Assembly (NCBI GenBank): GCA_035630755.1
Contig: DASQKC010000031.1
Location: 1 to 33,916, forward strand
From: Actinomycetota bacterium
Lineage (GTDB): Bacteria > Actinomycetota > UBA4738 > HRBIN12
Direction: 5' to 3'
Length of the DNA stretch: 33,916 nucleotides
The notes beneath the pieces are model-generated. The model was not told the origin of the DNA and ran no database searches. It saw nothing but the letters and a program-made list of their open reading frames with translations. Each line of letters starts with the position of its first letter. Position 1 is the stretch's first letter. The position numbers and the translations under genes are program-made. Below, piece after piece: positions 25,930 to 33,916 of this stretch.

Positions 25930-27099
25930 GTGAACATCCACGAGTACCAGGCGAAGTCGCTGCTCCGCGGCTACCGCGTCACCACGCCGCGCGGCGAGGT
26001 CGTGTACACGTCGAAGGCCGCCGCGCGCGTGGCCGAGGAGCTGGGCGGCCAGCGATGGGTCGTGAAGGCACAGATCCACGCGGGCGGGCGCGGCAAGGCC
26101 GGCGGGGTGAAGATCGGGAACTCCCCCGACCGGATCGCCGAGCTCGCCGACCAGCTGCTCGGCTCGACGCTCGTCACGGCACAGACGGGGCCCGAGGGCC
26201 AGCGGGTCAGCCGCGTCCTCGTCGAACGTGCGTCGCGGATCGAACGCGAGTTCTACCTGTCGCTCACGGTCGATCGCGACGCGCAACGGATCGTCGTCAT
26301 CGCGAGCGCCGAGGGCGGCGTCGACATCGAGGCGGTCGCGTCGGCACGACCCGAGGCGATCCACACCGAGGTCGTGGACGCCGGCGTCGGGCTGCTCGAC
26401 TTCCAGTGCCGCAAGATCGCGATCGCGATCGGCCTAGGGAAGAAGACGACGTCGTTCACCCGGCTCCTGAAGCGCATGTACCGCCTCTTCCGCGATTCGG
26501 ACTGTCTCCTGCTCGAGGTCAACCCCTTCATCGAGACCGAGGACGGCGAGCTGGTGGCGCTCGACTGCAAGATGAGCTTCGACGACAACGCCCTGTTCCG
26601 TCAGGGCGACGTGGTGGAGCTGCGCGACTTCGACGAGGAGGACCCCAAGGAGGTCGAGGCCACCGGGCACGGCCTCAACTACATCGCGCTCGACGGCTCG
26701 GTCGGCTGCATCGTGAACGGCGCGGGCCTCGCGATGGGGACGATGGACGCGATCGTCCACCACGGCGGCCGTCCGGCGAACTTCCTCGACGTGGGCGGCG
26801 GGGCGAGCCCGGAGAAGATCGCGAACGCGTTCCGGATCGTGATGAAGGATCGGAACGTGCGGGTGATCCTCGTGAACATCTTCGCGGGGATCAACCGGTG
26901 CGACTGGATCGCGCAGGGCGTCGTGCACGCGACGCGGGACCAGGCGATCGAGGTGCCGGTCATCGTCCGGCTCGCCGGCACGAACGTGGACGAGGGCCGG
27001 CGGATCCTGGACGAGAGCGGTCTGGCGCTGATCCAGGCCGAGGACCTCGACGACGCCGCCGCGAAGGCCGTTGCCGCGGCCCGGGAGGTGGCGGCGTGA
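25930..27099 (+). CDS. mtkA: ADP-forming acyl-CoA ligase beta subunit (malate-CoA ligase MtkA-like, or SucC)
   Basis: The GTG at 25930 is preceded by AGGAGG. The sequence contains VNIHEYQAKSLL..., VVKAQIHAGGRGKAGGV and CIVNGAGLAMGTMD. The Mtk assignment over Suc rests on the adjacent mcl, sga and ppc genes. Confidence 0.7.
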   Translation: MNIHEYQAKSLLRGYRVTTPRGEVVYTSKAAARVAEELGGQRWVVKAQIHAGGRGKAGGVKIGNSPDRIAELADQLLGSTLVTAQTGPEGQRVSRVLVERASRIEREFYLSLTVDRDAQRIVVIASAEGGVDIEAVASARPEAIHTEVVDAGVGLLDFQCRKIAIAIGLGKKTTSFTRLLKRMYRLFRDSDCLLLEVNPFIETEDGELVALDCKMSFDDNALFRQGDVVELRDFDEEDPKEVEATGHGLNYIALDGSVGCIVNGAGLAMGTMDAIVHHGGRPANFLDVGGGASPEKIANAFRIVMKDRNVRVILVNIFAGINRCDWIAQGVVHATRDQAIEVPVIVRLAGTNVDEGRRILDESGLALIQAEDLDDAAAKAVAAAREVAA

Positions 27100-27995
27100 G
27101 CGTCTTCATCGATCGCGAGTCCCGGGTCATCTTCCAGGGCTTCACGGGCCAGCACGCGACGTTCCACGCCGAGGAGGCGATGTCCTTCGGCACGAACGTC
27201 GTGGGCGGCGTCACGCCCGGCCGCGGCGGCGGGGTGCACCTCGGGTTGCCGGTCTTCGACAGCGTCGAGGACGCCGTCGAGGCGACGGGTGCGACCGTCA
27301 GCGGCATCTTCGTCCCGCCGCAGATCGCCGTGGACTCCCTGTACGAGGCCGTGGAGTGCGGGATCCAGGTCGCGGTCATCATCGCGGACGGGGTCCCGGT
27401 CCAGGACATGGTCCGGGTGAAGCGTTACCTCGCCGGCCGGTCGACCACGATCATCGGGCCGAACTCCCCGGGGATCATCACGCCGGGCGCGTGCAAGGTC
27501 GGGATCATGCCGAGCCACATCTACGCCCCCGGGCGGATCGGCGTCGTGTCGCGGAGCGGCACGTTGAACTACGAGGCGGTCTCGCAGATGACCCGCCTGG
27601 GTCTCGGCCAGTCGACGTGCGTCGGGATCGGGGGGGACCCGGTCAACGGCACCGACTTCAAGGCGGTGCTCCAGGCCTTCGAGAACGACGACGATACGGA
27701 CGTCGTCGTGATGATCGGCGAGATCGGCGGGCAGCAGGAGGTCGAGGCCGCCGCCTGGGCGGCGCAGTACATGCGTAAGCCCCTCGTGGCGTTCATCGCC
27801 GGGGTGTCCGCGCCGCGCGGGCGGCGGATGGGGCACGCGGGCGCTGTCATCAGCGGCGACGCCGACACGGCGACGGCCAAGCTCGACGCGATCGAGGCGG
27901 TCGGCCACCAGGTGGTGCGCAACCCCGCCGAGATCGGCGACGCCGTACTCCGGGTCGCCAAGGAGGGCGGCGTGAGCGTCCTCCCCGCGTCATGA
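27096..27995 (+). CDS. mtkB: ADP-forming acyl-CoA ligase alpha subunit (MtkB-like, or SucD)
   Basis: The start has a GTGA overlap with the beta-subunit gene and a GGGAGG ribosome-binding site. The sequence contains VIFQGFTGQHATFH, GPNSPGIITPG, SRSGTLNYE and the phosphohistidine loop MGHAGAVISG. Confidence 0.7.
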   Translation: MSVFIDRESRVIFQGFTGQHATFHAEEAMSFGTNVVGGVTPGRGGGVHLGLPVFDSVEDAVEATGATVSGIFVPPQIAVDSLYEAVECGIQVAVIIADGVPVQDMVRVKRYLAGRSTTIIGPNSPGIITPGACKVGIMPSHIYAPGRIGVVSRSGTLNYEAVSQMTRLGLGQSTCVGIGGDPVNGTDFKAVLQAFENDDDTDVVVMIGEIGGQQEVEAAAWAAQYMRKPLVAFIAGVSAPRGRRMGHAGAVISGDADTATAKLDAIEAVGHQVVRNPAEIGDAVLRVAKEGGVSVLPAS

Positions 27996-28025
27996 CGGCG
28001 GATCAGGGCGGAAGACCTAGCCCTG

Positions 28026-28060
28026 TTGAGCTAGTCGATATCCCCCACATCTTGCATACT
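28026..28060 (+). promoter_or_regulatory. AT-rich island with promoter-like hexamers (TTGAGC ... CATACT) just upstream of ORF 28069
   Basis: Read directly from the sequence: ttgagctagtcgatatcccccacatcttgcatact. CATACT ends 8 nt before the ATG, which is compatible with a leaderless start. The 23-nt spacing to TTGAGC is too long for a canonical sigma-70 pair, so only the -10-like element is plausible. Confidence 0.25.
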
Positions 28061-28068
28061 GGCTGGTC

Positions 28069-28437
28069 ATGGCACGACGAGCCCTCTCCCGCGGACTCAT
28101 CGTCGCCCTCCTGGGGGCGACCGTCCTCGTCGGCGCGACCGCGGCGCCGGCGGCCGCCGTCACGACGAGCTGCCGCATCGTGGTGACCGATCTGGGCGGC
28201 ACGTTGAAGATCGTGTACACGGTCCGCAGCTCGCAGCCGCGCCGTGCGTACGGCGTGAAGATCGTGGTGAGCGGCGATCGCGTGTACCAGCACCGCCTGC
28301 GGACCGGTGGCGACGGCCGGCTACGGGTCCGGATCGACGTCGCCGACGACCCCGGCCGCGAGATGGTCGTGGGGAGCGCGCGCGACATCCGGACGGACGA
28401 CACCTGCGTCGCGCGGGTCCTCGCCCCCGCCGTCTGA
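28069..28437 (+). CDS. Small secreted hypothetical protein (signal peptide, two Cys)
   Basis: The 122-aa ORF has MARRALSRGLIVALLGATVLVGATAAPAAA as a signal-peptide-like N-terminus. The mature part is beta-strand-like with Cys near both ends (TSCRIVV ... DDTCVARV). I did not recognise a family. Confidence 0.55.
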   Translation: MARRALSRGLIVALLGATVLVGATAAPAAAVTTSCRIVVTDLGGTLKIVYTVRSSQPRRAYGVKIVVSGDRVYQHRLRTGGDGRLRVRIDVADDPGREMVVGSARDIRTDDTCVARVLAPAV

Positions 28438-28483
28438 CGCGGGGGCGCTCGCCTCACCCCGTCCGGCGTGCGAACGTAGCCGC

Positions 28484-29782
28484 ATGCCCGACGACGAGAT
28501 CCTCGAGGTGGATGGCCGCGAGGTGAAGGTGACGAACCCGGGGAAGGTCTTCTTCCCCGACGCCGACGGCGGCCCGGTCACGAAGGTGGACCTCGTGCGG
28601 TACTGGATCGACGTCGCCGACGCCGCGCTCGTGGGATGCGCCGAGCGCCCCGCGATCCTGCACCGCTTCCCGAACGGGGTCGCCGACGACGGCTTCTACC
28701 AGAAGCGCCTGCCCAAGGGCGCACCGGGGTGGGTCGGGTCGACGACCATCACGTTCCCGAGTGGCCGCACCGCGCAGATGCCGGTCATGGAGGACGCCGC
28801 GCACCTCGCCTGGTCGGCCACGCTCGGCTGCCTGGAGGTGAACCCGTGGCCGGTCCGGCGCGCCGACGTCGACCGTCCCGACGAGCTGCGGATCGACCTC
28901 GATCCCGGCCCCGACGCGCCGTTCGACTGGGTCCGCCAGGTGGCGCTCGTGGCCCGCGAGGTGCTGAGCGACCACGAGCTCCTCGGGTTCCCGAAGACGA
29001 GCGGCAAGCGGGGGATCCACGTGAACGTCCGGATCGCGACGCGCTGGACGTTCCCTGAGTGCCGGCGCGCCGCCGTCGCGCTCGCGAGGGAGATCGAACG
29101 CCGGGTCCCCGACCTCGCCACCTCCCGGTGGTGGAAGGAGGAGCGGCACGGCGTGTTCATCGACTACAACCAGAACGCTCGCGATCGCACCGTGGCGTCG
29201 GCGTACAGCGTGCGGCCGATGCCCGACGCGCGCGTCTCGGCGCCGATCGCGTGGGAGGAGGTCGCCGCGGTCGAGCCCGAGGCGTACACGCTCCGGACGA
29301 TCCCCGCGCGGCTCCGCGAGGAGGGCGACCCCGGCGCCGCGATCGCCGAGGCCGAGCCCGGCTCGCTCGAGCCCCTCCTGACGCTCGCCGACCGGCAGGC
29401 GGCGGACGGCCAGGACGACGCCCCCTGGCCGCCGCACTTCGCCAAGGGCGAGGATGAGCCGCCCCGCGTCGCGCCGTCGCGCCGCCGGTCGAGCATGCCG
29501 CTGATCGAGATCGCGCGCGCCGCCACGAAGGACGAGGCGCTCGCCGGGCTCGAGCGCTGGAAGGCGCGCCACCCCGAGGCGGCCCCCCACCTCGAGCCGG
29601 CCGACGTGCTCGTCGATTCGATGCGTGGTCGCAGCAGCACCTGGACGCGGATCCGGGTGAACCTGCGGCACGTCCCCGAGGACGACCGGCCCCCGCAGGA
29701 GGAGGTCGAGGTCGACTACGACCCTTGGGAGGGCGTTTCCTGGTCGGACCAGGACCAGGAGGGCGGCTCGAGCCCGAGCTGA
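28484..29782 (+). CDS. Stand-alone LigD-type primase-polymerase (AEP superfamily, Prim-Pol) with a C-terminal extension of roughly 130 aa
   Basis: The ATG at 28484 lies within track ORF 28307..29782. The sequence contains VTNPGKVFFP, HRFPNGV....FYQKR, DELRIDLDP, FPKTSGKRGIHVNVRI and VFIDYNQNARDRT.ASAYSVRP, the hallmark blocks of the LigD polymerase domain. Confidence 0.85.
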   Translation: MPDDEILEVDGREVKVTNPGKVFFPDADGGPVTKVDLVRYWIDVADAALVGCAERPAILHRFPNGVADDGFYQKRLPKGAPGWVGSTTITFPSGRTAQMPVMEDAAHLAWSATLGCLEVNPWPVRRADVDRPDELRIDLDPGPDAPFDWVRQVALVAREVLSDHELLGFPKTSGKRGIHVNVRIATRWTFPECRRAAVALAREIERRVPDLATSRWWKEERHGVFIDYNQNARDRTVASAYSVRPMPDARVSAPIAWEEVAAVEPEAYTLRTIPARLREEGDPGAAIAEAEPGSLEPLLTLADRQAADGQDDAPWPPHFAKGEDEPPRVAPSRRRSSMPLIEIARAATKDEALAGLERWKARHPEAAPHLEPADVLVDSMRGRSSTWTRIRVNLRHVPEDDRPPQEEVEVDYDPWEGVSWSDQDQEGGSSPS

Positions 29783-30810
29783 CCCCACGTGCACGACCGC
29801 GCGTCGCGGTCGGGACGCCAGCGGACGAAGGTCGCGGCGTGGCGCATCCGACCGTCCTGCATGCGGTCGAAGCTCACCTCGGCGACCAGACGGGGCTCGA
29901 GCGATACCCACTCCGTGTCCTTGCCCGCCGACCATCGGCTCTGCCCGCCCGGGGCCCGCATCCCCCCGAAGCTGTCGCCGCCCACGAGCGGCTGCAGTTC
30001 CTCGAGCAAGGCTCGGCGTTCGGCCGCCTTGAAGGACGAGGTGTGGCCGACGTAGTGCAGCTCTCCCTCGTCGTCGTACAGACCGAGGAGGAGCGCCCCG
30101 ACGCCGTCGCCGTTCTTCGCGAGCCGGTAGCCACCGACGACGCAGTCCGCCGTGGACCGGTGCTTCACCTTGATCCACCCGCGGACCCCCGGCTGGTACG
30201 GCTGATCCGCGCGCTTCGCGATGATCCCGTCCTGCCCGATCCCCGCCTCGTCGTCGAACCACGCGGTCGCGACCTCGACGTCGTCGGTCCACGGCGCGAG
30301 GGACAGGGCGGGCCCGGGCGGCACGTCCGCGAGCGACGTCGGCGCGCCCACGATCTCGAGGCGGCCCGCGAGCGTCGCGAGCCGGGCGCGCCGCCCGTCG
30401 AGCGGGAGCGAGGTGAGGTCCTCGCCGCCCTCGCTGAGGAGATCGAAGAGCACGAGCGTGGCGGGGATCTCGGCGGCCAGCTTGTTCACGCGCGAGGCCG
30501 CCGGGTGCAGCCGCAACTGGAGCATCCCGAAGTCCATCGCCCCGGGCGTGACCATCACGATCTCGCCGTCGGCGACGAACCGCTCGGCGCCGGCCGTCGC
30601 GCCCACCAGGTCGGCGACCTCGGGGAAGTAGCGCGCGAGGGGGCGGCCGGTCCGGCTCACGAGGTCGACGCCGGCGTCGCGGACCGCGACGATCGCCCGG
30701 AAGCCGTCCCACTTCGGCTCGTAGGTCCACCCCTCGCCGGTCGGCATCCCGTCCCGGTTGAGGGCCAGCATCGGCGTCGGCAGGCCGTCGGCGAACGTAG
30801 TCGTCGGCAT
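29716..30810 (-). CDS. ATP-dependent DNA ligase (LigC/LigD-ligase-domain type)
   Basis: The 364-aa ORF has the adenylation motif I EPKWDGFR, then FVADGEIV, GIIAKR, WIKVKH and an OB-fold tail. The ATG lies 5 nt downstream of the typA stop. Confidence 0.9.
   Translation of the reverse strand: MPTTTFADGLPTPMLALNRDGMPTGEGWTYEPKWDGFRAIVAVRDAGVDLVSRTGRPLARYFPEVADLVGATAGAERFVADGEIVMVTPGAMDFGMLQLRLHPAASRVNKLAAEIPATLVLFDLLSEGGEDLTSLPLDGRRARLATLAGRLEIVGAPTSLADVPPGPALSLAPWTDDVEVATAWFDDEAGIGQDGIIAKRADQPYQPGVRGWIKVKHRSTADCVVGGYRLAKNGDGVGALLLGLYDDEGELHYVGHTSSFKAAERRALLEELQPLVGGDSFGGMRAPGGQSRWSAGKDTEWVSLEPRLVAEVSFDRMQDGRMRHAATFVRWRPDRDARSCTWGQLGLEPPSWSWSDQETPSQGS
29738..29754. repeat. Palindrome TCCTGGTC-g-GACCAGGA inside the 67-bp convergent overlap of the Prim-Pol and ligase genes
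   Basis: Read directly from the sequence. Because of the palindrome, both proteins end with an SWSDQ-containing tail: ...GVSWSDQDQEGGSSPS on the + strand and ...PPSWSWSDQETPSQGS on the - strand. Confidence 0.6.
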
Positions 30811-30815
30811 CGCGA

Positions 30816-32651
<1,836 letters not shown>

Positions 32652-32809
32652 GGGACTCCTTGTCGAGCGGAGGGAAACCGAGCGAGCGCCCGATGCCCCA
32701 GTCTACCGACCATGACCCAGGGACAGCGCCGAGGGCCGAACCACGAGCGTCGCGACCGCCGGAGGTGTAGAAATGAGCCGTTCTCCCACGTCGGAAGGGG
32801 CACGAGGAA

Positions 32810-33916
32810 ATGTCGATCCACCCGCAGCATCCCAAGGAGCATCACCCCATCGACCGGCGCGCGTTCCTGCGTCGCGCTGCCGCGACAGGCATCGCGCTGC
32901 CTTCGATGGCCGCGATCCTGGCCGCCTGCGGCAGCGGCGCCCAGGACACCGTGGACACCGGCTCGGCGGCGCCCTCCGGCGAGACGGGCGCCAACCCCTA
33001 CGGCACCGGCGGGATCGAAGGAGCGCCGTATCCGCTGGCCCGGCCCGACGCGCCGGTCACGTGGAACGTCCAGAGTGACAACCCGGTGATCGAGAGCGAC
33101 CTGGAGCCCGAGAAGGGCGCGACCCTTCGCGTGCTCGCTTGGCCGTACTACCTCGCCCCGTCGATCTGGAAGGCCTTCGAGAAGAAGTACGACTGCAAGG
33201 TCGAGGTGACCGAGTTCGCCGACATGGACAAAGGGCTGGCCAAGATCAACTCGGGCCAGGGCGACTTCGACATGCTGTTCGGCATGAACGTGTGGGCCGT
33301 GGGACGTTCGATCGCGGCGACCCTGCTTCGCCCCATCAACCACGACTACGTGCCGAACCTGTCGAATTCGTGGGACCAGTTCACGAGCCCGTTCTACGAC
33401 CAGGGGTCGGTGTTCACCCTGCCCTACAGCATCTGGGACACGGGCATCATGTGGCGCAATGACATGCTGGACCAGGACATCGCGGGTATGGACAACCCGT
33501 ACGAGATCTTCTGGAACGGCGCGCCCAAGGACAAGACGCACCTGCTCTCCAACGCGCAGGACACCCTGGCGCTGCCGATGTTCCGTGACGGGCTCACCGA
33601 CGTGAACGTCACCGACCCGGCCACGATCACCACGGCGAAAGACGACATCGCCCAGGTGGTCGAGGCCACCAACGCGCAGTTCGATCACGTCGACTACACC
33701 GACATCCCCAAGGGCCAGGCGTGGTTGCATCAGTCATGGTCGGGCAACGTGGGCAGCGCCTTCCTGTTCCTGCCCAAGGGCGACGAGGCGCTCAACGTGT
33801 CCTACTACTGGCCCGGCTCCACCGACGGGATCCCCGGCAACGTGGACAACGACGTGATCGTGCTCCTCACGACCGGCCAGGCACCGGTGCTCGCGCACAT
33901 GCTGGCCAACGAGGTC
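32810..33916 (+). CDS. ABC-transporter extracellular substrate-binding lipoprotein (PotD/PotF-like family); TAT-type signal plus lipobox; the 3' end runs off the window
   Basis: I translated the frame by hand. It is open from the ATG at 32810 to the window end (369 codons), and it is absent from the ORF track because it is open-ended. The N-terminus MSIHPQHPKEHHPIDRRAFLRRAAATGIALPSMAAILAACGSG has an RR motif and an LAAC lipobox. It continues LRVLAWPYYLAPSIWKAFEKKYDCKVEVTEFADMDKGLAKINSG..FDMLF, typical of polyamine-type binding proteins. Confidence 0.8.
   Translation, partial: MSIHPQHPKEHHPIDRRAFLRRAAATGIALPSMAAILAACGSGAQDTVDTGSAAPSGETGANPYGTGGIEGAPYPLARPDAPVTWNVQSDNPVIESDLEPEKGATLRVLAWPYYLAPSIWKAFEKKYDCKVEVTEFADMDKGLAKINSGQGDFDMLFGMNVWAVGRSIAATLLRPINHDYVPNLSNSWDQFTSPFYDQGSVFTLPYSIWDTGIMWRNDMLDQDIAGMDNPYEIFWNGAPKDKTHLLSNAQDTLALPMFRDGLTDVNVTDPATITTAKDDIAQVVEATNAQFDHVDYTDIPKGQAWLHQSWSGNVGSAFLFLPKGDEALNVSYYWPGSTDGIPGNVDNDVIVLLTTGQAPVLAHMLANEV

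Noticed and set aside
23541-25937. A 798-aa minus-strand ORF.
   Set aside because: It is antisense to the aminotransferase and malyl-CoA-lyase-like genes. It has no domain signature and a shadow-ORF composition.
25930-27995. Simple annotation of the two ligase subunits as housekeeping succinyl-CoA synthetase (sucCD).
   Set aside because: This is not fully rejected. The sequence alone cannot separate SucCD from MtkAB by eye. I favoured MtkAB because of the immediate operon context (aminotransferase, malyl-CoA lyase, ppc, hydroxyacid dehydrogenase). A phylogeny and a search for a second sucCD pair are needed.
32773-33078. A 101-aa plus-strand ORF upstream of and overlapping the substrate-binding-protein start. 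The 429-aa minus-strand ORF 32441..33730 belongs to the same case.
   Set aside because: The frame starting at the ATG at 32810 gives a TAT/lipobox signal and continuous PotD-like sequence to the window end. The other frames give Arg/Gly/Pro-rich sequence with no motifs.

Overview
This is a densely coded, very GC-rich chromosomal segment of actinobacterial type with about 35 protein genes. I found no rRNA, tRNA, CRISPR array, transposase or integrase. Many long ORFs in the six-frame track are antisense or out-of-frame artefacts of the GC content and were discarded. Gene content from left to right follows. (1) The end of a Tad/Flp pilus locus: flp pilin, tadE-like, and a tadG-like gene that runs off the window. 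(2) Membrane protein 'paralog A', transcribed divergently from flp. (3) Three tandem LuxR/NarL-type regulators whose receiver domains all look degenerate, with no histidine kinase nearby. (4) A YyaL-type thioredoxin-domain protein. (5) A minus-strand operon: GT87/DUF2029-like GT-C glycosyltransferase, membrane 'paralog B', a squalene-cyclase/prenyltransferase-repeat protein, and a TAT-signal DUF362 protein. (6) An ArsR plus SRPBCC pair. (7) A GT39/PMT_2-like GT-C glycosyltransferase. (8) An operon of cyclophilin, membrane 'paralog C', a polyprenyl-phosphate-sugar-synthase-like GT2 with 4 C-terminal TM helices, and a SAM methyltransferase. (9) A GNAT acetyltransferase. (10) A serine-cycle-like carbon module: 2-hydroxyacid dehydrogenase, PEP carboxylase, a secreted AP/NPP-family phosphodiesterase, class-V (serine-glyoxylate type) aminotransferase, malyl-CoA lyase, and two CoA-ligase subunits (mtkAB-like). 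(11) A small secreted protein. (12) A stand-alone LigD-type primase-polymerase converging on, and overlapping, an ATP-dependent DNA ligase that is tightly coupled downstream of typA/bipA. (13) The start of a TAT-lipoprotein ABC substrate-binding protein. The best candidate for an undescribed system is the three-fold paralogous polytopic membrane family (A, B and C). I cannot name the family. Every copy sits among GT-C/GT2 glycosylation genes, which suggests a multi-enzyme extracytoplasmic glycoconjugate assembly system. All functional calls come from reading the translated ORFs by eye; no database search was run.
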